A DNA stretch of 64,000 nt from Candidatus Undinarchaeota archaeon (GCA_964519305.1 CAZFHY010000006.1:86099-150098), one strand, 5' to 3'; shown: positions 27,636 through 37,306, counted from the stretch's first letter. Program-made: numbers and translations. Notes: generated from the letters alone by a model not told the origin.

Positions 27636-28432
27636 ACCGGTATCTGAGGGGACTCGACCAGTCGGTCGATGCCCATGCGCACCAGTTCATCATCACTGGG
27701 GAGAGCATCGTTCTTTGCGAACACGGCACATCCCTTGAGATAGAGGGGGACGCCCATGGTCGGATGGTCGAGGCGGAAGAGCGAGCCCTTACAGGATTGT
27801 GTGCAGGGGAACACTCCCCACTCCGGCCGTCCAGGGCGGGTGGAAGCGAGCCCAATCAAGCAGTACCTGCTGATGGTGACGAACACGTACGGGTGATGGA
27901 ACGAGCCGTGGAGAGGATTATCCCCCTCTCCCAGGCGAAGGGATACGCCTTGGAAGGGATTCTCCACTTCCACCCGGCGGACGCCACGTGAGGCCAGCAG
28001 GCTGCGGACCGCGGGTACGTCCATGTTGGTCGTGCGGAACCGTTCCCAGGCCTCGGGTGTGAGGGCTTCCTTTGCTTGCATGAGCCGCGGACCACGCTTC
28101 TGCTTGTGGATGATGCCGCCCACTACGGGTTCGAGCCGGCCTTCCTCAGCGATAATGTCGATAACGCCCCAATCGTTGGCGACGACCTCGGTGCCGTCAG
28201 GAAGTTCGGCAAGGAGGGATTTCAGCCGGTTAATGCCCTCCTGTGTGACGGGCGGTGTGACGAAGGTTACGGCCACATCGGCGTCATCTGCCCTCTTAAG
28301 AGCATCCGTGAGCTCAGTTCGTGTGGGCATGAGGCGCTGACAATACCCGTTCCCCAGGTAGAGCCGGTCATGCCCGGTCCAGTCGATCGTGTCCAACAAC
28401 TCAACCCTGGAGACGATGATCGCACGCTCCAT
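27632..28432 (-). CDS. peptidase U32 family protein (second of a coupled pair)
   Basis: ORF track 27632-28459; start proposed at MERAII (ATG 28432) overlapping the upstream stop (TGATG) with GGTGAGGTG SD-like motif; C-terminal Cys cluster. Confidence 0.55.
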   Translation of the reverse strand: MERAIIVSRVELLDTIDWTGHDRLYLGNGYCQRLMPTRTELTDALKRADDADVAVTFVTPPVTQEGINRLKSLLAELPDGTEVVANDWGVIDIIAEEGRLEPVVGGIIHKQKRGPRLMQAKEALTPEAWERFRTTNMDVPAVRSLLASRGVRRVEVENPFQGVSLRLGEGDNPLHGSFHHPYVFVTISRYCLIGLASTRPGRPEWGVFPCTQSCKGSLFRLDHPTMGVPLYLKGCAVFAKNDALPSDDELVRMGIDRLVESPQIPV

Positions 28433-29529
28433 CACCTCACCACCTCGGGCCAGTAGCATTCAGCGGCCGAGCAGTTCCAGCCATAAAGATCCCTGTACAG
28501 GGTCCGGCATCTTTCCATGTATGCAGTATTATCCTCCGAACCCTCGAGCTCCTCCAGTGCACGGCGCACGAGGATGATGTCGTCCACCTTCTTGCTCGTG
28601 GGATGGATCCGACCCTGTATCTTTACGACGGTGACACCCGCGTCGCGCATCAAGCCCAGTCCGCAGATGCCGCATCCGCTACCGCCCCAGTTGGGTGCCC
28701 ATTGCAGGCCGAACCGTTCCTGAACGGCCACGGCCAGCTCATCGCTACCCTCCAGGGCTTCGACCTGGACCGCCGAGGAATTTAGACAGAGATGGCTGGA
28801 GGCGACCCGCGCGATCGGTCCAGCGTACTGGACGGTCTTCGGGATATGTCGCATGGCTCGTACCAGATGCGCCCGCATGCTTCCCAGACGAGGACTGAGG
28901 AGGGCGAACATCCCCCTGGTAGTGCTCTTGTGCCGGGCCTCAGTGAGACCGTGGAAGTACGTGCACAGCCCCTCCACATGGGGGCAACGGGCGTTGAGCA
29001 CGAATCCCTCGAGGGTGATGTCGGGAGCCGCTTGGGCTATGTCGGCGATCTCCTTGATAGAGAGGTGATGGGGGAGGATCACACGTGAGGCGCCGAGACG
29101 TTGGTAGAACCGGGCGGCTTGGGCATTGAACACCGCGTTGATGGTGCTGACGTGGATGTCGATACCCACATCGTTGTCATGGAGGTGGGACATTAGGCCA
29201 AGATCGGCAACAATGAGGGCGTCAGCCTCAGCAGCGATGGCCTCATCGACCTCCTCGATTAGATAGGTGAACTGGGCTGCGGAGTAGAAGTCCTGGTTAT
29301 AGGCGACGTTCACGCGTACGCCGAGGTCATGGGCGATCGTCAGGGCCTTACGCAGTTCGTCATAGGATGGCATGGAAGAGCGAGTGTACATCTCGCGGCT
29401 GACACCCCCCATGTGGGTGTAGCGCTTGCGCCACCGGTCGGAGAGAACTGCACAGTACAGTTCAGTAGCTCCCGCACGGACGATGGGTTCCACCTCATCG
29501 GCCCGGTTGATGGGAGCGAGAATATCCAT
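28432..29529 (-). CDS. peptidase U32 family protein
   Basis: 365 aa; N-terminus MDILAPINRADEVEPIVRAGATELYCAV typical of U32, C-terminal Cys motif (CGICG...CSAAECYWPE). Confidence 0.7.
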   Translation of the reverse strand: MDILAPINRADEVEPIVRAGATELYCAVLSDRWRKRYTHMGGVSREMYTRSSMPSYDELRKALTIAHDLGVRVNVAYNQDFYSAAQFTYLIEEVDEAIAAEADALIVADLGLMSHLHDNDVGIDIHVSTINAVFNAQAARFYQRLGASRVILPHHLSIKEIADIAQAAPDITLEGFVLNARCPHVEGLCTYFHGLTEARHKSTTRGMFALLSPRLGSMRAHLVRAMRHIPKTVQYAGPIARVASSHLCLNSSAVQVEALEGSDELAVAVQERFGLQWAPNWGGSGCGICGLGLMRDAGVTVVKIQGRIHPTSKKVDDIILVRRALEELEGSEDNTAYMERCRTLYRDLYGWNCSAAECYWPEVVR

Positions 29530-29600
29530 CGCCAGCTACCCCAACGGACAGGTTTTTATGTGCTTCGACAGCGCCCCGCTGTGCACATCCAATAAAAACG

Positions 29601-31415
29601 ATGAACGTGCACCCCTTGATTGGAATGGAGCCCGTGCTCTCGGTAGATGATCACTTCGGTGTGCTGGAACGACTGGAGGCCATGGCCTTCGAGCCATCCG
29701 AGTGGCATGACCTCAACCTCGCTGCTCACGGGCTCTCGCTGACGGGTCAGTTCGAGCGTGCTGCCATCGTAGAGCGTGTCAAGCAGAAGATACGCATCCT
29801 CCCGCACCAGATCGAGACTGCGCTGCGTGTGCTCAACGACCTTGGCCATCGCGCGTTATTGGCCGATGAGGTAGGGCTGGGCAAGACCGTGGAAGCGGGT
29901 ATCGTGCTCAAGGAGTACCTGGTCCGTGGCCTTGTGGACCGCGTGCTCATCCTCACACCTGCTCCCTTGGTCCGTCAGTGGCAGGGAGAGCTTGAAGAGA
30001 AGTTCGGTGAAGGGTTCATCACCCCTCTTGACGATGGGTTCCGTGGGTTCGAGAAGGAGGACCGTCTCATCTGCTCCATGGACAGGGCCCGCCAGCCCAA
30101 GAACGCACCCTTTGTCCAAGCCCGTCCATGGGACCTCCTTATTGTGGACGAGGCCCACCGGCTGCGCAACGTTGAGACGAAGCTCCACCAGTTCGTGGCC
30201 GGGATCGACGCTCGTTACCTGCTCATGCTAACCGCGACCCCCATCCAGAACAACCTCTTCGAGCTGTTCAACCTCATAGACCTCCTCAAACCGGGTCATC
30301 TGGGTACGCGGAACCAGTTCGGTGTCTATTTCGTAGGGGACCGTAAGGCTCAGACGCTCGAGAACGAGGGGGAGCTGCGCGAGCTTCTGGGCCAGGTCAT
30401 GGTGCGCAACCGTCGCGCCGATGTAGGGCTCCAGCTCCCAGACCGCCATGTCCACGACATCATGCTTGATCCTTCTCCCCAGGAGGCCGAACTGTACCGT
30501 CGGGTCATCGGCTATATCGCTGACCAGTACGACGAGGCCGACGACGGTGGGGAGTTCGACGCCGCTGAGGCCCGTGGGACGACACGTGGTATCGACCTTC
30601 TGAGGCTCATGACGCTCGAGCGTGAGCTCGTGTCATCCAGTCAAGCTCTGGCCGCTACCCTGCGCAAGATAATCCCACGAGAGCCCGATCCCGAGAAGCG
30701 CGTGCTTCTGGACGAGCTGTACGAGCTTTGCCTGTCGGCCCGGGACAGCACCAAGGCCCGCAATCTCCTGGAGCTCGCTCAGCGCTTGGACACTTCCCTC
30801 ATCGTGTTCACGCAGTTCATCTCCACCCAGGAGCATCTGCGGGAACGTCTGGATGCCGCAGGCCTGTCGCCCGTGGTGTTCAACGGCAGCATGTCACCCT
30901 CCGAAAAGGAGTTCGCTATCCAGGGTTTCAAGGAGCGGGGCGGTGTGCTCCTGTGCACTGACTCGGGGAGCGAGGGCCGGAACCTCCAGTTCGCCAACGT
31001 GCTGGTGAACTACGACCTTCCCTGGAATCCCATGCGCCTGGAGCAGCGTATCGGCCGGATCCACCGCATCGGCCAAGAGCGGGACGTCCACGTGTTCAAC
31101 CTAACGCTCGCGGGCACGATCGAGGACCACATACTCACGACGCTCTATCGCAAGATCGACCTCGTCACCGCGGCTGTGGGCGATATGGACCTGATCCTTT
31201 CCAAGCTGCCCGATGGCGTATCCTTCGAGCGCCGACTGTTCGAGCTGTCGTTGCGCATCAAGGACAAGCGTTCCTTCGACGATGGGATGAAAGAGTTCGC
31301 CGATGAGATGGCGGAGGCCAAGGAGCTGGCAGCCAAGGTGCATCAGCTGGATGCCCGTGTGCTCGAGCGCTTCGACCTATCGTCACTGGAGAATGCGGGG
31401 GTGCGAATCGAGTGA
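29601..31415 (+). CDS. SNF2-family helicase/ATPase (compact, RapA-like)
   Basis: 604 aa; motif I LADEVGLGKTVEAG, motif II LLIVDEAH, motif III LTATPIQNN, helicase-C motifs DSGSEGRNLQ and QRIGRIHRIGQ. Confidence 0.75.
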   Translation: MNVHPLIGMEPVLSVDDHFGVLERLEAMAFEPSEWHDLNLAAHGLSLTGQFERAAIVERVKQKIRILPHQIETALRVLNDLGHRALLADEVGLGKTVEAGIVLKEYLVRGLVDRVLILTPAPLVRQWQGELEEKFGEGFITPLDDGFRGFEKEDRLICSMDRARQPKNAPFVQARPWDLLIVDEAHRLRNVETKLHQFVAGIDARYLLMLTATPIQNNLFELFNLIDLLKPGHLGTRNQFGVYFVGDRKAQTLENEGELRELLGQVMVRNRRADVGLQLPDRHVHDIMLDPSPQEAELYRRVIGYIADQYDEADDGGEFDAAEARGTTRGIDLLRLMTLERELVSSSQALAATLRKIIPREPDPEKRVLLDELYELCLSARDSTKARNLLELAQRLDTSLIVFTQFISTQEHLRERLDAAGLSPVVFNGSMSPSEKEFAIQGFKERGGVLLCTDSGSEGRNLQFANVLVNYDLPWNPMRLEQRIGRIHRIGQERDVHVFNLTLAGTIEDHILTTLYRKIDLVTAAVGDMDLILSKLPDGVSFERRLFELSLRIKDKRSFDDGMKEFADEMAEAKELAAKVHQLDARVLERFDLSSLENAGVRIE

Positions 31416-32494
31416 GCAACGATCTCGATAGCTTCCTTACTGCCTACAGGCGAGTGGCCGGACTCTCTCCCGGGGAGGCTGACAAGGATGTGGGAGTGGC
31501 CGATGCCATCTCTGCTGCTAAGGGTAGAGGATTGGTGGCCGTTAAGAGGCTGGTCGAGCCTCCTGGCATGAGCAAAGATCCTTTCGGAGATGTGAAGCTA
31601 ACTCACTGTCGCACGGTCCATCGCTCGACCCGCCGGAGCAGCCGGAACTTCGCACTCTGCTTCTCTTTCCGGGTAGGGATCCGCACGGCCAGTCTTCGGG
31701 AAGCGGTGTACCATGTAGCAGTGGACATGGCCACGATGGAACCGCTGGCCGGGTTCACAGGCTTTGCCGGACTGCACTACGAGAACGTCGACTACCGTCC
31801 CCGTCTTTCACATGAGCTGATCCAGCGTGCTTTCGCAAGGGCGCAGGCGGAGCTCGGTCGTCGGATGCGTCCTATGCAGGAAGAAGAACTGGCGCGCTTG
31901 ACCGTCCAGCACCGGACCGCGGCTACCAGGGTGAAGGCCTACTTCCATCAGCTCCAGAAGGAGGTGCTCGAGGCAGAGCGCCGTGTCCAGCAGCGCATCG
32001 ATTCCACTAGTGCAATGATGGCCTCTGCCACCACGCGAGAACTGAAGGAGAAGCGTCAGAAACGGCTGGTCCAGCTCGAGGCCGAACTGGAGAAGGTGCG
32101 GGACCGGAACGACTTCACACTCCTTGACTACCGGAAGCGCATGGAGGGCGAGCTCACGAAGGAGGAGGGCCGGTGCGGTCTGGACACCGACGTGACCATC
32201 ACCTCCGCCGTGGTCCTGGAGTACGACACATCGGTGGAAACCTACCTTCTCGTTGGCCGGCATGCACACGCAGAGCTGGAGCGTGCACGTTCGCCCTTCG
32301 CAAAGCCAGATACGCTACAGTGTGCCTGCTGTGGCCAAGAGGCGGTAACACTGGCACTCGATGCAGCAGGACATCTGGTATGCCCCTCCTGTGCCCGGGT
32401 CTGTACGTTGTGCGGTTCCGTGCGCAGTGAACTGTGCTCACAGGGCCGTCCCTCGAAGCTCCTTACCCAGCCCTGTACGCGATGCGGGCTGTGA
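31412..32494 (+). CDS. hypothetical coiled-coil protein with C-terminal zinc ribbons, coupled to SNF2 helicase
   Basis: 360 aa; GTG start overlaps helicase stop (GTGA); central charged helical region; C-terminal CACCG...CPSC...CTLCG...CTRCG. Confidence 0.5.
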   Translation: MSNDLDSFLTAYRRVAGLSPGEADKDVGVADAISAAKGRGLVAVKRLVEPPGMSKDPFGDVKLTHCRTVHRSTRRSSRNFALCFSFRVGIRTASLREAVYHVAVDMATMEPLAGFTGFAGLHYENVDYRPRLSHELIQRAFARAQAELGRRMRPMQEEELARLTVQHRTAATRVKAYFHQLQKEVLEAERRVQQRIDSTSAMMASATTRELKEKRQKRLVQLEAELEKVRDRNDFTLLDYRKRMEGELTKEEGRCGLDTDVTITSAVVLEYDTSVETYLLVGRHAHAELERARSPFAKPDTLQCACCGQEAVTLALDAAGHLVCPSCARVCTLCGSVRSELCSQGRPSKLLTQPCTRCGL

Positions 32495-32558
32495 GTGGGA
32501 CCCGGTCAATCCCGCGGGTGGCGGTTTTAAATAACAACGGCCGTAACTCTGACCGTCC

Positions 32559-33230
32559 ATGGCCGAGCTGCGTGTCACATGCATCGTTCCCACCAGGAAC
32601 GAAGAGCGGACCATCAGTGAGCTGCTAGAACGCATCAGTCCGCACTGTGACGAGATAGTAGTGGTCGACTCGAGCACTGACAGCACCCCTGAACGTGCGG
32701 CAAAGCATGCTCGCGTCGTACGGGAGGATCAACGAGGGAAGGGGATCGCGCTCCGCACGGGAGCGCGGGAGGCCACGGGCGATATCCTCGTGTTCCTCGA
32801 TGCAGATGGTTCTCACATCCCTGAGGACATACCCGAGCTGGTCCTGCCTATCAAGGAAGGCCGTGCTGACATGGTAATCGCCTCACGTTCGCTTGGCGGG
32901 AGCGAGGAGCTCTCAGGCACTCTGAACCAGTGGTTCCGGGCTACTGCTAGCGGCGTCATAACCCTAATTATCAATTACCGCTTCGATTCGTGGATCACCG
33001 ATAGCCAGAACGGCTTCCGCGCCATCCGACGGGACGTGTTTCTCAAGCTCGGGACCACTGCCGTCATCTTCGACATCGAGACGGAGATGCTCATGAAGGC
33101 CCTTAAGCAAGGTCACACTGTGGACGAGGTGCCCAGTCGCGAGAAGCGACGACGGTACGGAAGTTCGGGCATCAACCTATGGTGGATGTGGTATCGGTAC
33201 GCCTGGACCACCTTCCGCAACCTTGTATAA
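32559..33230 (+). CDS. family 2 glycosyltransferase
   Basis: 223 aa; ...CIVPTRNEERTI...VVVDSSTDST...VFLDADGSH... GT2 motifs. Confidence 0.7.
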   Translation: MAELRVTCIVPTRNEERTISELLERISPHCDEIVVVDSSTDSTPERAAKHARVVREDQRGKGIALRTGAREATGDILVFLDADGSHIPEDIPELVLPIKEGRADMVIASRSLGGSEELSGTLNQWFRATASGVITLIINYRFDSWITDSQNGFRAIRRDVFLKLGTTAVIFDIETEMLMKALKQGHTVDEVPSREKRRRYGSSGINLWWMWYRYAWTTFRNLV

Positions 33231-33335
33231 TCATGTCGCGAGTGTCATGCCGTGTCAGGGCAGGTTAATAACCCTTAATAACTTATATTCTGCCGAATTA
33301 GGCCGTAAAACGCGATTTCCGGCCGATTTAGAGAA

Positions 33336-33348
33336 ACGTTTATATAGG
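33336..33348 (+). promoter_or_regulatory. TATA-box-like element (tttatatagg), preceded by direct repeat ttaataac x2
   Basis: AT-rich intergenic region 33241-33390; TATA about 45 nt upstream of ATG 33391. Confidence 0.35.
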
Positions 33349-33390
33349 GGCGGTGTTGCTCGGGTTCTCACACGAAAAGAGGCGAAGATT

Positions 33391-33825
33391 ATGTTCATGA
33401 CTGAAGCCATGTACGACGTTGCGGCTGTTGACCTTGCAGGTCACAACTCAGCGTACGATGGCCGTCTCGTTATTCAGGGCTATGACCGCGCGGGTAACGA
33501 CTTCGACTCTGGTCGATACATGGTCGATTTCGACCTTAGTGAGCGTATCGATGGCGAGTTCGACCTAATCGTCCACGGCATCGCTCAGGTTAAGAAGGAC
33601 TTCGCTCACCCCAGCTCGCCCGCCTATGGTGGCGCGTGGCTCAAGTACTCCGATCACGACGATGTACACGTCTCCGAGGACACCCAAGAGACCGTCATCG
33701 ACATCCGATCGGACCGCACCTACAAGATCCACCTCATCGACGAGCCTTCAGGCACCACCCAGGATTATCTCCTCACGAAGGAGGCCGGTGAACTGATCAT
33801 CGAACCGGTGCTCGGCGATCTCTAG
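33391..33825 (+). CDS. hypothetical acidic protein
   Basis: ORF track 33223-33825; internal Met (MFMTEAMYD) chosen because upstream part lies in the AT-rich promoter region. Confidence 0.4.
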   Translation: MFMTEAMYDVAAVDLAGHNSAYDGRLVIQGYDRAGNDFDSGRYMVDFDLSERIDGEFDLIVHGIAQVKKDFAHPSSPAYGGAWLKYSDHDDVHVSEDTQETVIDIRSDRTYKIHLIDEPSGTTQDYLLTKEAGELIIEPVLGDL

Positions 33826-33916
33826 GGCACCAACGATCTCATAGCGTACTTACCCTATCTAGGTATAGCTATCCCAGTTCTCACTTGGATTGAGGAATGT
33901 TCTCGTGGCCGCGGGA

Positions 33917-34633
33917 TTATCCGATGGTCACGGTCAGCTCTTCTTGTTTGATGTGCCGATAGTTGCCGCCAGTGTCCGAGGTGCACTGAGCTGGCTCGCA
34001 GAATGCGCATTCTTCACTCATGTAAAGGCACACATCGACGGCGAACGTCCTGGTTCCCACTGTTGTGTTGGCCGGGACCGTGAGCTTAATGTTGCTGAAC
34101 CCGATCTTGTGACTCTTCGCCGCGATAGTGCGCTTGCCAGAGAACCAATCCTGTCCTGAGAATGTATCCTCCTCCTTCGGGTGCAGGTTGATACAGAAGC
34201 ATCGCGGGTCCAGATCGTCGTTCTTGACGGCCACATAGAGGGAGCGCGGGGTGGAGTTGGAGGCGGCGATTTCGAAAGAGGAGGTCTCTAATGCCATCAG
34301 TTCGCTCGACATCTTCAGTTTGTCCTCGAGGCGGTCCCGTCGCTCAGCATCAGCACGGGCTTCCGGATCTAGGTTCGCATCAGTCTCGAACTGGGCACCT
34401 GTGATCCACTTCATGAAGGGCGGTATGAGCACTGTGACCATGATGAGGAAGATGATGGCAATGAGCGTTTTGATGATGCGTGGCGGCATCTCCGTCTCAT
34501 CGCCCGAGAGGGCCTTCGCCACCTCGGCGGAGCCGACACCCTTTTTGAGCAGCGCCCTGCGGATCTCGGGTTTTGTATGTCCACGCTCCTCGAGCGTACG
34601 GATCCAATCCCGGAGCTCTTCCTGCGACGGCAT
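33917..34633 (-). CDS. type-II membrane protein of the same N-terminal-module family
   Basis: 238 aa; N-terminus EELRDWIRTLEERGHTKPEIRRALLKKGVGSAEVAKAL, TM helix, Cys-containing ectodomain. Confidence 0.5.
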   Translation of the reverse strand: MPSQEELRDWIRTLEERGHTKPEIRRALLKKGVGSAEVAKALSGDETEMPPRIIKTLIAIIFLIMVTVLIPPFMKWITGAQFETDANLDPEARADAERRDRLEDKLKMSSELMALETSSFEIAASNSTPRSLYVAVKNDDLDPRCFCINLHPKEEDTFSGQDWFSGKRTIAAKSHKIGFSNIKLTVPANTTVGTRTFAVDVCLYMSEECAFCEPAQCTSDTGGNYRHIKQEELTVTIG

Positions 34634-34693
34634 CTACCGACTGATAAAGACCTCAAGATTAAAAAAATAGATGTTCGGTATCGGGGCAACCGC

Positions 34694-35461
34694 CTACATT
34701 TTCGCGCCGCACCGGGAGCAGAACGCGGTCCTTCGCTTGTTGACGAATCCGCAAGTGTTGCAGGGGAATCCCTCAGGACCCTTGTCCTCTTCAGGTTCCT
34801 CATCATCAGTCGGTTCCGGTTCCGGTTCGGGCGGCGGTCTTACGACCGCGCCCACGGGAGAGATATGCTCAGCAATGCTGGCACCAGGTGGTGCTGGTGG
34901 GGGCTGAGGTTGTGCCATAGCGCCCCCGTACTCGTCCCTCGTTGTCTCGTTATCGGGTCCTTTCCCGGGTGCGTTGAGCTGCTCCTCAATGGCATCCACG
35001 CGAGCTGCGAGCTCAGTTATGCGTTCGGCCGATTCAGCAGCGCCTGCGCCAGCGCTGTCAAGGCCGTCATGGGCTTCGGCCCGCGCCGTCTCGAGCGCCT
35101 TGCTCAGTTCGTCCACGCGGATCTTCAGATCACGCTCCTCGCTCTCTACTCGGGTGAGGGTATCCCGTTCCTCTTTGGATAGATGGGCCTCCACGGAGCC
35201 TGCTGGCGTCTCGACTTTTGGAGCCTCAGATGGTGCCTTGTGCACAACGACCTCCTCATCGTCCGTATCCCCTGCGGTAGGGGGGAGCACCAGAGCGCTG
35301 CCCAGACCTGCGAGGGCGAACAGTACTCCGACACCCAGGAGGAACGTGGCCTTGAAGTCCATGACCATCTTCTCCACACCGAGCATGAGCATTACGAGGC
35401 CCACAGCAAGGATGGTAGCAGGGAGGATGGCGAGGATGCGTCGTGGATCGGGTGCTGCCAT
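34694..35461 (-). CDS. membrane protein with coiled coil and C-terminal zinc ribbon
   Basis: 255 aa; N-terminal TM helices, charged helical region, C-terminal CNTCG...CSRCG; ATG immediately follows upstream stop (TAGATG) with GGGGGTG 8 nt upstream. Confidence 0.5.
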   Translation of the reverse strand: MAAPDPRRILAILPATILAVGLVMLMLGVEKMVMDFKATFLLGVGVLFALAGLGSALVLPPTAGDTDDEEVVVHKAPSEAPKVETPAGSVEAHLSKEERDTLTRVESEERDLKIRVDELSKALETARAEAHDGLDSAGAGAAESAERITELAARVDAIEEQLNAPGKGPDNETTRDEYGGAMAQPQPPPAPPGASIAEHISPVGAVVRPPPEPEPEPTDDEEPEEDKGPEGFPCNTCGFVNKRRTAFCSRCGAKM

Positions 35462-37306
35462 CTAACGGAACACCCCCATGACCTTGTCAAGTAGACCTTT
35501 CTTCGCTTCGGGGCGCAGGGTCTTGACCAGCTTGGCCACAGTCTTGAGGTCCGTCCGCCTGAAGTGCTTCTGCGTTATGAACTCCTCCTTCACCCGACCG
35601 TCGGCCTCGACGTTATCATTGATGAATGGCTTGGGATCGACGACCGACACCCTTGGGGGGGAGAGGGGGTAGTTCTGTGAGAGGCGGACCTCGTAGTGCA
35701 CCTTCTTGAGCTGGGCGCCATAGAGCGCCTTGTACTCTCCGCTCCAGAGGTAGATGTTATTTGCTAGCGGTTTGAACGTGGTGACCATGTCGGACACGAG
35801 GATGTTCCCGATCTCCTCAAAGAACTCCTCGGAGCTTGTGATCTCGAACTTACGCACCCTCAGACGCTCCTTAACGATCTCCAATGCCTCACAAAGGCTC
35901 ATCTCGCCCTCCCATTCCAGGCCAGAACCGGGGTGTCCGAAGAGAACGAGCCCTGTGGGGGAATGAATGGCGCCGAAGAGGAGGATCCTCTCGGTCACAT
36001 CGAGCCGGGAGTCGAACTTGATCATTGGGGGTGTCTGCGGGAAGTACGGGTCCACCAGGACCACGGCCTCGTAGGTGCGGCCGGTCAGCACTCCTTCACC
36101 ATTGATGGTCACGGCCCAGCCTCCCAGGACCTCCCTGTTCAGGTCCTGTGCGTACTTTCCCACCTCATTGTCGGGGATCTGTGTGATGGATGGCTCGTAC
36201 TTCTCGAGGTAGCCCGCCTCATAGGATAGACGGGTCGTCGGGTCCATGGAGACAAGGTCCGTGCGCTTTAGGGCCCGGATGTCCTCAAGGACCTCCGCGA
36301 TATGGGTGTCCTCGGTCCATGCTGAGGTGAGGAGGGGGATAACTACTGAGCCCCCCACATCGATATGATCATTAGGGAACACGTTCCGAAGGGACACGCG
36401 GGGGGGTACCCGGGGGAATTCCTTGGGTACATCCACGACAATGTCGAGCGTGATGCCCTGATGGGTCGTCACTGGCCCCTCCCATCGCTCCACGTTGCCC
36501 TTCACGGGACGCAGCTGGCTCTTGCGCAGTAGCTGATAGGTCTCCAGGTACAACCGCGGCACCTCGCGGTGGACCCGCTCGATGCGACGACGTAGGGCGT
36601 CCAGTACACCGCTCAGGTCAGGGTCCTTGTTCCATTGGTAAGTGGCCAGGTTCTCGAGCTTGGCATACCCTTCCTCGTCAGTGAGCCGTGGATGGACAAG
36701 CCCTACCCGTACGGAGGGGGGGCTTTTTGGATACCCCTGAGGGAGGGTCACTATAACGATCTCGCTCTCCATACGTCCCTTGAACGTGTTCTTGCCGGAC
36801 TCCTGGAATCCCTGCTTGAGCAGCAGGCGACGGTCCTTCCCAGCCTCGACACGTTCCCCGATATCGTCCAGGCGTGTGTAGATGAACTCACCCGGAGGGA
36901 TCTGTTCCTCGAACGAGTAACTGTCCAGTGTGAATCGCGCCGGTGAGCGTGGATAGGCGGGAGGTAGTAGCACCTCCATTCGCTTCCCCTTGTGCTTTCC
37001 TGTTAGCGCGATCCCGCCGGTGTCCTCCTTGTGCGAGAAACCTTCCTCATGCAGAAAGGATACTTCGAGCGTCTTCTTGATCTCGCCATCGAGGAACTGG
37101 GCGAGCGGAAGACCGTCGGGGATTGGGACCTTCCGGTTCACTCCTCCCCCGGAGATGCTCGCGTTCTTGGCACCCTCCACCTGTAGCTTCACCTGGACCA
37201 TCTTGCCGTAGAACTCACCACGGAGGTCGTAGATTGAGTCACCTACGAAAGAGAACCCGCTCCCACGGAGCTGATGAATCTCGCGGAGGATACGCGGGTC
37301 GGGCAT
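35462..37306 (-). CDS. protein with about five tandem UBC/UEV-like (E2-variant/RWD-like) domains
   Basis: ORF track 35462-37699 (N-terminal extension overlaps upstream gene; start proposed at MPMPDP, ATG 37306). Five repeats with W..(I/V).G...YP..PP.(V/I).F motif; repeat 3 has FPNDHIDVGGSVVIPLL, matching HPN-region topology but no Cys at the catalytic position. Confidence 0.5.
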   Translation of the reverse strand: MPDPRILREIHQLRGSGFSFVGDSIYDLRGEFYGKMVQVKLQVEGAKNASISGGGVNRKVPIPDGLPLAQFLDGEIKKTLEVSFLHEEGFSHKEDTGGIALTGKHKGKRMEVLLPPAYPRSPARFTLDSYSFEEQIPPGEFIYTRLDDIGERVEAGKDRRLLLKQGFQESGKNTFKGRMESEIVIVTLPQGYPKSPPSVRVGLVHPRLTDEEGYAKLENLATYQWNKDPDLSGVLDALRRRIERVHREVPRLYLETYQLLRKSQLRPVKGNVERWEGPVTTHQGITLDIVVDVPKEFPRVPPRVSLRNVFPNDHIDVGGSVVIPLLTSAWTEDTHIAEVLEDIRALKRTDLVSMDPTTRLSYEAGYLEKYEPSITQIPDNEVGKYAQDLNREVLGGWAVTINGEGVLTGRTYEAVVLVDPYFPQTPPMIKFDSRLDVTERILLFGAIHSPTGLVLFGHPGSGLEWEGEMSLCEALEIVKERLRVRKFEITSSEEFFEEIGNILVSDMVTTFKPLANNIYLWSGEYKALYGAQLKKVHYEVRLSQNYPLSPPRVSVVDPKPFINDNVEADGRVKEEFITQKHFRRTDLKTVAKLVKTLRPEAKKGLLDKVMGVFR

